Origin: Candidatus Omnitrophota bacterium
Lineage (GTDB): Bacteria > Omnitrophota > Gorgyraeia > VGKH01
Length of the DNA stretch: 57,894 nt
Reading direction: 5' to 3'
Assembly (NCBI GenBank): GCA_016867135.1
Contig: VGKH01000003.1
Span: 1-57,894 of the forward strand
Position numbers and translations under genes: made by a program. Below the pieces are notes generated by a model that worked only from the letters and a program-made list of their open reading frames with translations, searched no databases and was not told the DNA's origin. Positions 27,901 through 35,403 of this stretch are shown here, piece after piece (position 1 is the first letter of the stretch; the number at the start of each line of letters is the position of its first letter).

Positions 27901-30900
27901 CATTTTATATTTTCCTGTTATTTCATTGTAGTCAATACCAAAAGTTCTATAATCCCAACCGCCCTCAAATGTATTTACCAAAGCGTAGCAATAACCAGGA
28001 CCCTGCGGAGGCGTGCTTATCATCTTTATCCATAAATCTATGGTAAAATCACTACTGCCGAAATTCCAGTCAGGAGAATCCGGAATTGTCAAATATGAAT
28101 TGCTATTGCCATATTCTATTTCAGGCGGAGTAAAGTTGGATGTCCATCTGGCGATGCCTTTTGAAATTCTTATCTCATCCATCCAACCGTTATGAATAAA
28201 GTCATTATCATCCTCAAAACCGATGGTTAACGGTCCGCTGCAATCTGGGAAACTAAAAGGATTTCCGGCATCTATGCCTCTTCCCTGATGGCTCAATGTC
28301 TGCTCAACTCCATTTATGAAGAAATGATAATTTTCACTGCCGACTTCGGCATCTCTTACGACTGCAATATGATACCATGCATCAATTGAAGGCGAAAAGG
28401 CGCATCTATAATCTACCCAGTTATTACCGCCGCTATTGGCATATAAGGTTAACCCGACTCCTGGAGTCCATGTTAGATTCCAGAAAACATATCCACTTGT
28501 AATCTGGCCTATTAAACCTTTTTGAGAGGAAATGTCGTTAAACTTTACCCAAAAATCTATTGAGAAATCATCTGTGCCAAAACGCCAATCATCGCTATCT
28601 GCAACCGAAAGATAATCTCCGTTTCCATCAAACAATCCAGAAGAAGCGCCGAATTTCTTTTGGGCAGTATCCAATTGAGCATTTCCATGAACAATTACTG
28701 CCTTTCCTTTTTCGTCAATAAAGTTAGTAGAGCCGTCATTACCGTTCATATGCAAAAGAAGTTTTGTATAATCATCATCTCCGGTAAGCATAAAAAATAG
28801 ACCAGAAGCATTACCGAATTTATACTCAGATGTATCAATCTGACTGGCTCCCAGGCTGCTAACCATATGGCTTGAGCTGGAGCTATCGACAAAGCTAGTT
28901 GATCCATCATTGCCGTCGGCATGCAAAAGTAGTTTTGTCTGATAATCCGTGGCGATCGGAGAACCAGACACACTCTCAATCTGCCCACCTCTATTGTAGG
29001 AATAAAAGACTTCATCGCCATCTGGATATTGCACAGATAAAAGCCTTCCTGCGGCATCATATGTGCGCTGGACTTCGTAATTAGCGTTTTCTATCTTTTT
29101 AGTAGATTTAACTTCTCTTCCTAAATCGTCATATTCAAAATTGGTATTCGCATTAAGCTGATAATTCGCCTTGGTAAGACGGCCTTTGGAATTAGGGACT
29201 GCGACATCATCATAAGTATAATTTACCGGCAATGAACCATCGGAAAAAGATTTCTGCAGTAAACGGTTGATATTATCATAGACAAAATTAGTTACTTTAC
29301 CCTTAGCGTCAGTTTGGCTGATGAGATTTCCTGCTGCGTCATACTGATAACTCCATACCCCCATATCAGGGTCATCCATTGCGATTTTTCTGCCCAAGCT
29401 GTCATAGTCAATTGTGACGATATTGTTATGGGCATCTTTAGTCTGAACGAGATTTCCCAAAGTATCATACGAATAAAGGGTGGTAGCGTATAGCGCATAG
29501 GGACTAGCCGGATAATTCGGGCTCCTGCCATCTGCGCCGGTATATTCCTCTTTCCTGACTAATCTGCCATAAGCATCAAAATAAGATTTTTGCTTATGTC
29601 CGTTTTCGTCAATGGTAGTGGTTACCCAATCATCATATTGAACCGAAGAATATGTTCCGTCTGGACTAGTAGATTGAATAACCCTGCCCATTGCATCATA
29701 AGTAACTGTTGAATGCGGGTCTGTTGGGTCGATTGCGTCTATTGAGTCTATCGGGTTGGTAGAGAATTTAGGAAGATATTTTTTGTAAGGCAGGCCGCGG
29801 GAATCATATTCTGTCTGGCCGGAGACAATGAATTTATTTGGCTCTTCGGATTCGGTTTTCGTTTGGACTAATCTTCCTAAGCCGTCATAAAAAGACACAG
29901 AATCCAAGGTCCCCTCTTGATCCGAAATTTCTCTTTGATGTGAAATTATCTTAATGGGAACTGAATCAAGATGATATTCTGCCTGTGAAGTAGGATATTC
30001 AACAGAATCTTCCGGAGAAATCTGTTTCTCTACCCTCCCAAAAGTATCATATATAGTAAATCCTGCATGGTTATTCGGATCAGTTGTGGATTTAAGCTGC
30101 CCCCAAAGGCCGCGATATGCTCCATCGTCTAAAGCTACACCATTTACGCCGTAATATTCATTTATTACCTGATGGCCGAGAGCATTGGTAGCTGTCAGCG
30201 AGAAAATATGATAATCCATATCATAAATAACGCTAGATGAACGGCCCAGCGCGTCAGTAGTAGTAAGTAAATGCCCATAAACATCATAGGTAAATGTTGC
30301 AAATGGATTTGTCCCGCCATTAAACCAATCTTCCTGCTTGGTTAGAAGTCCCTTGGTTGGCGGCTCAGTTAACCCGGAATGACCATCATAATAAAACCAA
30401 GTCTGCTTGAGAATATTGCTATCCGAAGAATCTTTAAGATAGGTATTTTTCGGTAAACCAACTAACCAATCTATGTCATTATAGACATATTCAGTATAGC
30501 CATAGCGCTCATCTCCTGTCTGACTGACATCGCCTAATTCAGAAACTTTGGTGGGATTGCCATAAGCATCGTATTGATATTCTGTAGCTGTATGTTTATA
30601 AGAAGGATCGCCGTTATAGAGATAACTATCAGCTCGGTTTAAATAAACAAACTTTGAGCCGTTGCCTAAATCCTGAGATTGCCAGTCGCTGGTGGATTTA
30701 GTATAAAGATTGCCTGAAGCATCAAAACTACGGCCTTCCTTGACTCTTCCTTTATAAATATCGTCCTGCAAAAATTCTGTTTCGGAGTAATTGCCTTGCG
30801 CATCAGATACCTTAACGAACCCAAATCCGCGAAATTCACGGTCTTCAAAATCAAATAGGCCATCTCTGTATTCGTAATTGGTGGTATAGCTTTGGCCAGA

Positions 30901-33138
30901 AACCTGGTCTGTGGCGGTAACTGAAGATACAGTTTGGATAGGAAACGGCAAATCTGAAATATTATCGCTACCTGTATTATCGTATTGAGTAGAAGGCAAG
31001 TAATTAATTTCCGTGGTTGCGCCGATGCCGTTGTCGATTGAAGACAGAATATCGGGATAAGGACCTTTGTTTAGATAAACCCGTAATTCATTATCATTTG
31101 CCCAATATTTTATAATATCTATCAGCCCATCTGCATTGGCATCGCCCATTCGAGTGCCATAATTCTTGAAATTCCCATCCGGCATATCCCAAGAGCTATC
31201 TCTCTGCCATCCATTGCCAGTGTTAATATATGTTTTTGTTGAGCTATCGCTTGCAATAAGCAAATCCGGCAACCCATCGCTATTGATATCGGCAAATTGA
31301 GTGTCACCGTCCCTGGCATTCCCTTCAGGAGGATAGTAGGTGGGATAATCTATCCAACCTGGTCCCCGATTTAACCATGCCTTGTAATTGCCCGAGCCTT
31401 TTGATACCACAATATCATCAACGCCATCGCCATTTAGATCTACCAAATTTGCCCCATCGGTCAGATCGGCTCCGCTGGGCAAATCCCAATTAGAGTTTCT
31501 GGTCCAACCTGTGCCGCCATTGACTCCATTATTTAAATAAGTTCGGCGGTCAGAACCTTGGGATTTTACTATATCCTGAAAACCATCGCCGTTGATATCA
31601 TTAAAAACAACGCCTCGATATTCTGCATATTCATAAACTGGATATCCGCGTTGAGATACAAACTGTGTATTATCAGGCATAAGCCAACTGTCATTTTGAT
31701 ACCAGCCATTAGTTTTGTTATTCAGGAAAGTTTGTTTTATAAAACCTCCGCCATTATAAGGATCACGTTCCCAATTTCTAATTAAATCTACCCAGCCATC
31801 TCCATTGACATCGCCAAATCGCAGGCCTCTATCACGATTGATCTCTGGTGCATGCCAGACAAAAGCAGAAGTGCTAGGGAAATTCCAATCGCCTTGTGAC
31901 CAATTTTCATTTTTGTTATTAATGTAAATTTTATTTACCCAACCATCCCATTCAACTTTCTTGGGGATATCTACAAAACCATCATTGTTGACATCGGCTA
32001 AACGCACTCCTCTATCGGCATTAATATTACCATTCCAGAAACCGAAGGATGCTTCGTTAGTATAAGATTCGCTCGCTCCATAACCTGTATCTCGTTGCCA
32101 GCCTTTTTGAGTTTCTTGATAACTAAAAGTTGTAGCTGGCAATGATGTCACTCCATCTGCACCGTATTGAGTAATGGAAGTCAATAGTGAGCGGCTTGTT
32201 GAAGACGAATAAGTATAATTCAATTTATAACTTCTCTGAAGCTGACCAGCTATTTTTACATCTATCTGGTTACAACGCCAAGCTGTAGTAATAGCAAACC
32301 CTGAACGGTAGGAAATTGCTATATCGCCCCTCTCATCCCAGGAAAATCCAATATCTGCAAAACTAGATTCTCCAGTGATAGAATTACCTGTGTAGTAAAT
32401 ATGATATGGGTAAAGCTGGCGTTGATTATGGCTGTAAATTATAGTCATATAATTTCCATTCAGGTCCTCAACTCTATCCAAGCACCATTTGAAGATTTTA
32501 CCGTTGCTATCGGATTGCTGCGAATTAGTAGGCTGCCCAAAATAATATTTGATTCCTTTTTTATCTGTAACAATCCAGCCGTTTGATGGACCAAGATATT
32601 CAAACTTCATATATGCGCCTTCGATTTTTGCGCGGTATTGATTTCCTCCAATAGGAACTAATTCCTGGCTTGATCCGGACTGGGTTAAAACAAAAGTATC
32701 TTGGGAATCATTATAGGTAGGCACTCCTCTTTTTGTGGAGCGTTGTATTGAACCAAGTTCTAAATTCCATCCCACGCCTAAAATTCCGTTTGGCGAACTG
32801 GAGTTATACATCAAGGAAATATTTGGCTGAATGCCTCGTCTACCTGCAGGAACCTCTATAGGAATATTTACTGAGGCTGTTCCGGTTGATGGCTCAACCT
32901 GAAATTTCTCCGTGGATTGATATGGCTGGCCGCCACTTGTGGTTGTGGTTGCCATTAAGGTGGCTTCTGGTTCGGCATCGCCTGAAGGAAGCGATTCTTG
33001 GGCTGATCCAGAATCGATAGCAATATCTTCTAGTTGTTTTTGATTCTTAACCTCTATTTCCTCTTTAGCAAAAATATTCGCAGAAAAGACAAAAATCACA
33101 GCAATAAAAAATAGCATTGAAAGGATTATCTTTTTCAT
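24901..33138 (-). CDS. Giant secreted fused TcB/TcC-like RHS polymorphic toxin
   Basis: 2745 aa with a signal peptide. Domain order:
- SpvB/TcB N-terminal block (VNIPIEVPAGRRGIQPNISLMYNS..GVGW).
- At least six FG-GAP/VCBS repeats (DVNNDGFVDI, DVNGDGWVDL, DINGDGFQDI, DLNGDGVDDI, DINSDGLPDL, DANADGLIDI).
- Many YD repeats.
- Two LamG-like modules.
- A Hint domain.
- RHS core (YYHTDHLGS..ARYYNPTIGRFISPD..DPSGH).
- A Gly-zipper region.
- A C-terminal toxin domain. Confidence 0.9.
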   Translation of the reverse strand: MKKIILSMLFFIAVIFVFSANIFAKEEIEVKNQKQLEDIAIDSGSAQESLPSGDAEPEATLMATTTTSGGQPYQSTEKFQVEPSTGTASVNIPIEVPAGRRGIQPNISLMYNSSSPNGILGVGWNLELGSIQRSTKRGVPTYNDSQDTFVLTQSGSSQELVPIGGNQYRAKIEGAYMKFEYLGPSNGWIVTDKKGIKYYFGQPTNSQQSDSNGKIFKWCLDRVEDLNGNYMTIIYSHNQRQLYPYHIYYTGNSITGESSFADIGFSWDERGDIAISYRSGFAITTAWRCNQIDVKIAGQLQRSYKLNYTYSSSTSRSLLTSITQYGADGVTSLPATTFSYQETQKGWQRDTGYGASESYTNEASFGFWNGNINADRGVRLADVNNDGFVDIPKKVEWDGWVNKIYINNKNENWSQGDWNFPSTSAFVWHAPEINRDRGLRFGDVNGDGWVDLIRNWERDPYNGGGFIKQTFLNNKTNGWYQNDSWLMPDNTQFVSQRGYPVYEYAEYRGVVFNDINGDGFQDIVKSQGSDRRTYLNNGVNGGTGWTRNSNWDLPSGADLTDGANLVDLNGDGVDDIVVSKGSGNYKAWLNRGPGWIDYPTYYPPEGNARDGDTQFADINSDGLPDLLIASDSSTKTYINTGNGWQRDSSWDMPDGNFKNYGTRMGDANADGLIDIIKYWANDNELRVYLNKGPYPDILSSIDNGIGATTEINYLPSTQYDNTGSDNISDLPFPIQTVSSVTATDQVSGQSYTTNYEYRDGLFDFEDREFRGFGFVKVSDAQGNYSETEFLQDDIYKGRVKEGRSFDASGNLYTKSTSDWQSQDLGNGSKFVYLNRADSYLYNGDPSYKHTATEYQYDAYGNPTKVSELGDVSQTGDERYGYTEYVYNDIDWLVGLPKNTYLKDSSDSNILKQTWFYYDGHSGLTEPPTKGLLTKQEDWFNGGTNPFATFTYDVYGHLLTTTDALGRSSSVIYDMDYHIFSLTATNALGHQVINEYYGVNGVALDDGAYRGLWGQLKSTTDPNNHAGFTIYDTFGRVEKQISPEDSVEYPTSQAEYHLDSVPIKIISHQREISDQEGTLDSVSFYDGLGRLVQTKTESEEPNKFIVSGQTEYDSRGLPYKKYLPKFSTNPIDSIDAIDPTDPHSTVTYDAMGRVIQSTSPDGTYSSVQYDDWVTTTIDENGHKQKSYFDAYGRLVRKEEYTGADGRSPNYPASPYALYATTLYSYDTLGNLVQTKDAHNNIVTIDYDSLGRKIAMDDPDMGVWSYQYDAAGNLISQTDAKGKVTNFVYDNINRLLQKSFSDGSLPVNYTYDDVAVPNSKGRLTKANYQLNANTNFEYDDLGREVKSTKKIENANYEVQRTYDAAGRLLSVQYPDGDEVFYSYNRGGQIESVSGSPIATDYQTKLLLHADGNDGSTSFVDSSSSSHMVSSLGASQIDTSEYKFGNASGLFFMLTGDDDYTKLLLHMNGNDGSTNFIDEKGKAVIVHGNAQLDTAQKKFGASSGLFDGNGDYLSVADSDDWRFGTDDFSIDFWVKFNDISSQKGLIGQITSGYVFWNLTWTPGVGLTLYANSGGNNWVDYRCAFSPSIDAWYHIAVVRDAEVGSENYHFFINGVEQTLSHQGRGIDAGNPFSFPDCSGPLTIGFEDDNDFIHNGWMDEIRISKGIARWTSNFTPPEIEYGNSNSYLTIPDSPDWNFGSSDFTIDLWIKMISTPPQGPGYCYALVNTFEGGWDYRTFGIDYNEITGKYKMYFNIYVNQVPTHIESDIETAIDINTWHHLAVVRNGNYWKFFVNGTQIGSTIENDINIPDVNGALVIGKRGDNNFFFNGWMDEIRISKGIARWTSNFTVPSAPYAIESGGEGNYYVENVDYNASGQITRIEYGNGNVTEYTYNPLNLRLTHLVTNSPTAGTIQDLSYQYDSVGNILRIIDNVNTGSQTFQYDELSRLVVASGGYGTKYFDYDEIGNMTLKDGVIYSYGAGSAGPHALTSGSDGSVFTYDANGNMASMTDSQLKTTNYIYDAENRLKSVKINNQTKASFVYDGDGGRTKKTLYKYSGGGGCFLAGTPILMSDGSTKPIEKVKVGDEVLSFDEEKNLLVADTVKQAFIHKTSEYFILNGTLRVTGEHPFYSAGEWIKVKDLKVGDSLRGSQGSPIEITSIEKVSLNADSRGLLAHPDIGVSGTRVSGNQDIRDNVPDLQITKSPSSGSLDDQIPSHNVLVYNLEVNPYHTYFAGGFLVHNKRQPVMPVEQNPGGGDYSLLKDKNTEKLRYVFEFLSSLLDPPVAEAATVTEIPTIFVGSLYEKTSGSPTKHIFLGSQRIASITNSQINYYHTDHLGSTNVITNEAGSQIALYEYKPYGEFSRKEEASADPTEYFFTGKKLDDETGLYFYGARYYNPTIGRFISPDTIVQSPGNPQTLNRYSYAGNNPINNVDPSGHSWKSFWKSLVGGIIGAVVGVLSGQPWLGFSAYNAFMAAMNGGNIGAALAGAVVGYFGGGIIGNAFGNFWGTIGAGVLGGASGAAIGGGDIGLAALSGFAGGITGYGVGALTKFAGLGTIIGGGVASEVAGGDFAEGALGGLAYNIGFTIGSTFAPMSSVATDSGSVGEGDPVFYSGEKIGGRFSLFSIGMAVLDPGPFNHTDIGLGGGKVAGSHPGMGVSNDGPDIRDMKSFPAYSKEKFVSIRGNQAIAKAANSLVTDMKTKGVTFRYLEKSPAIFSNSGNTVYCSQFTSQVYRNSGNTGVYGAGPNSQYWYLKK

Positions 33139-33155
33139 ACCAGACTCCTTCTGAC

Positions 33156-33779
33156 AATGACAGAGCTTTGGTTATCGAGATTCACACAGATTCTCTCATT
33201 GTTGCTTAGTAACGGTTTTAGGCTACGGTTACGATGCCCGTATCGTCTTAGGGTTACGTCTAGCGTCTTTTAAAATTATTCCAACTCTCGCCTAATTTAT
33301 ACAGTTGTCTGCCTGTTTTGTCGTATAAATCAATTAATTCGTCGCAGCGTTTTATATTTACAAAGCTCGGATAAATATCCCGTGCCTCGCTTAAACTAAC
33401 TACCATCTCATTAGACTCGCTCATAGCATCGTCAATGTATTTCTGAAAGCCTGATTTTTGATGGCGTTTAGCGTAACCTTCTGCTATCAATCTAGGTATT
33501 GCTTTACAGGCTCGACTTAGCTGATCTGTCAAATCATATTTTTCTCGCTCAGGTAATCTCGGGACAATTTCTTCCATAACAATAAGCATAGCTTTGTAGC
33601 CATTCAGATATACTTCTAAATCTTTAAAACTTGTTATCCTCTTTTTTTCTTCCATTACGTTACCGTTACCTTAACCGATACGGGCTTCGTTACCCTGACC
33701 TTAGCCGTATTCTTTCCAGCTGTCTTAAGATTGTGAGAGTCTGTGTGTATCTGAGTATAATGACAGAGCTTTTGGTTAT
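33156..33779 (-). mobile_element. Four-helix-bundle gene cassette with about 85-100-nt inverted arms and a 20-21-nt direct repeat
   Basis: The direct repeat is AATGACAGAGCTTTGGTTAT (33156-33175) versus AATGACAGAGCTTTTGGTTAT (33759-33779). The arms at 33176-33259 and 33656-33757 are mutually complementary (e.g. GCCCGTATCG/CGATACGGGC, CACACAGATTCTCTCA/TGAGAGTCTGTGTG). Confidence 0.5.
33260..33655 (-). CDS. Four-helix-bundle protein (23S rRNA intervening-sequence / Avd-like family)
   Basis: FKDLEVY.., ..YDLTDQLSRACKAIPRLIAEGY and ..F..YIDDAMSESNE are typical family blocks. Confidence 0.85.
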   Translation of the reverse strand: MEEKKRITSFKDLEVYLNGYKAMLIVMEEIVPRLPEREKYDLTDQLSRACKAIPRLIAEGYAKRHQKSGFQKYIDDAMSESNEMVVSLSEARDIYPSFVNIKRCDELIDLYDKTGRQLYKLGESWNNFKRR

Positions 33780-33897
33780 GATTGGTTTTTGGATTTGAGA
33801 GTATTGAAAATTAAGATAGGATTTTTGAAGAAGTTTTCGGTACATATCTTTTGCCTATTTAGGCGATTAATTGTCATCGAAGGGAATTTATGAGAGA

Positions 33898-33926
33898 AGT
33901 ATAACATATATTTGATGATTTGTCAA
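33898..33926 (-). promoter_or_regulatory. Candidate sigma70 promoter for the cassette and RHS transcript
   Basis: The minus strand reads TTGACA, 17 nt, TATACT. Confidence 0.5.
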
Positions 33927-33984
33927 GTATGATTTGACTATTCGGCAAGAAAACATGCCTCTCACCGGGTAAGAATATTAACAA

Positions 33985-34017
33985 AAAGGCGGCGGGACAA
34001 TTCGTCCCGCCGCCTTT
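33985..34017 (-). terminator. Intrinsic terminator after the rSAM/SPASM gene
   Basis: Stem GGCGGCGGGAC/GTCCCGCCGCC, then TTTTTGTT on the minus strand. Confidence 0.65.
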
Positions 34018-34053
34018 AATCCATATACTACTTTTTAAAATTAATCCGCGTTT

Positions 34054-35214
34054 TTAATTTCTTAATTTCCGGATTCCGTTAATCGTGCAACACTTAGAGC
34101 AAATAGGCAACAACTTGCGAGTTCTTAGTTTTCTCCTGAATTCCCTGAACTTCTGAGAATTCCATATTTTGCTCAAAGGCTCATCCTTGATATTGCCTAA
34201 AGAAAAACCCACCATAGCCAGATTAATGCAGGGAAAAACCTCGCCATATGGCGAAATAACTACTCTCGCCCAAGGATAAAAACAACGGTCTGCTTCGTTA
34301 AAAGATGGGTCATCATATTTATCAATTGCTTTGTCGGAAGGAAAATAAATATCAATTTTATAATTCTTGTTTAAATCTATGATCTCTCTTTTCTGTTTAC
34401 TCAAAGTCCCTTTGTCGATAAAAATCATGCTATCGGATAAATGTTCCAGACTTCCCTCTCGGATATTACTTTTTAACCCCAATATATTTCGTGTGGAATT
34501 TGCCAGCTTTTCTGAATTATAGGTAACTAACCCTGCACCCCAACTTTTAATACCATATTGATGAAGAATCTGTACAATTTCACTTAAATAAGATTGATTT
34601 ATGGCCGATATATAAGTTGAAACAGACAAATTCGGGATAGCATGTCCTTGTTCTTTCAGAGAACATATGTTGCGAATACCGGATAGCATTCTTTGGAATG
34701 TCCCAGGCACGTTTCTAACTGCATCATGAACACTCTGCGGTCCGTCAATTGAGAAAGTAATTTGATTTATTTTTGCTTCTACAATCTTCTTGGCAAAATC
34801 TTCCGTAATCAAAGTGCCATTGGTGATAAAGTTAACAAGCAAGCCCTTATCTTGAGCATATTGTGCTATTTTAAAGAAATCTTTATACAGCAAAGGCTCT
34901 CCTCCATGAATTGTAAAGACTCTGACTTTCATCAGGGAAAGCTCATCTATCAGTTTGTACACTTGTTCGACAGCAAGTTCTTCGGGCCCACGTTCTTTTA
35001 TCGTTTTTAGCGTGTTTGCCTCTTCGCTCTCATTATAATAAAAGCACATCTTGCACCTTAGATTACACCTATAGGTAGTTAAGAAGACTACTGAAAGTGG
35101 ATTCAATGCCCTGCCACTAGAGAAATAATACGGAATCCTACAATATGAATCCTCGAGAAAGCGCGCTATAATATGATTTTTTTGTAAAAGTTTAACAAAA
35201 TTATTAAATATCAT
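34054..35214 (-). CDS. Radical SAM protein with C-terminal SPASM-like Cys cluster
   Basis: Contains YRCNLRCKMCFY (CX3CX2C), GGEPLL and C-terminal CFYPW..GEVFPC..C..CC cysteines. Confidence 0.8.
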   Translation of the reverse strand: MIFNNFVKLLQKNHIIARFLEDSYCRIPYYFSSGRALNPLSVVFLTTYRCNLRCKMCFYYNESEEANTLKTIKERGPEELAVEQVYKLIDELSLMKVRVFTIHGGEPLLYKDFFKIAQYAQDKGLLVNFITNGTLITEDFAKKIVEAKINQITFSIDGPQSVHDAVRNVPGTFQRMLSGIRNICSLKEQGHAIPNLSVSTYISAINQSYLSEIVQILHQYGIKSWGAGLVTYNSEKLANSTRNILGLKSNIREGSLEHLSDSMIFIDKGTLSKQKREIIDLNKNYKIDIYFPSDKAIDKYDDPSFNEADRCFYPWARVVISPYGEVFPCINLAMVGFSLGNIKDEPLSKIWNSQKFREFRRKLRTRKLLPICSKCCTINGIRKLRN

Positions 35215-35270
35215 TTTATTAATTAAGGAGGCTGCCGTAATTATTCGTAACTATTATTAATTCTAAAATT

Positions 35271-35298
35271 ATTATACTGCTTTGCGACACATTGTAAA
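35271..35298 (-). promoter_or_regulatory. Candidate promoter (TTTACA, 16 nt, TATAAT)
   Basis: The minus strand reads CCTTTACAATGTGTCGCAAAGCAGTATAAT. The template is shared with 18361-18388. Confidence 0.45.
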
Positions 35299-35322
35299 GG
35301 CAAAAAAATAAATTAAAACTAA

Positions 35323-35357
35323 GGGGGGCCGAGTTATCTTTTGATAACTCGGCCCCC
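35323..35357 (-). terminator. Intrinsic terminator after the TonB-dependent receptor gene
   Basis: Stem GGGGGCCGAGTTATC/GATAACTCGGCCCCC with a T-rich 3' flank. Confidence 0.55.
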
Positions 35358-35403
35358 AGAAAATACTCTACAAAAAGCCTAAACTATTGCCAAATTACTG
35401 ATT

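Noticed and set aside
25421-32586. Numerous 60-104-aa ORFs on both strands inside the RHS gene (e.g. 25421-25648, 28746-29060, 31558-31785)
   Set aside because: All are embedded in alternative frames of a continuous 8.2-kb ORF with coherent domain architecture. The Gly/Trp/Cys-rich translations are frame artefacts of the repeats.
33156-33779. Diversity-generating retroelement, given an Avd-like four-helix-bundle gene next to a huge variable surface protein
   Set aside because: There is no reverse transcriptase ORF anywhere in the window. I could find no template/variable repeat pair with adenine-specific differences.
35223-35232. Plus-strand AAGGAGG upstream of the rSAM gene as the SD of a hidden plus-strand gene
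   Set aside because: No start codon or open frame follows it within a usable distance.
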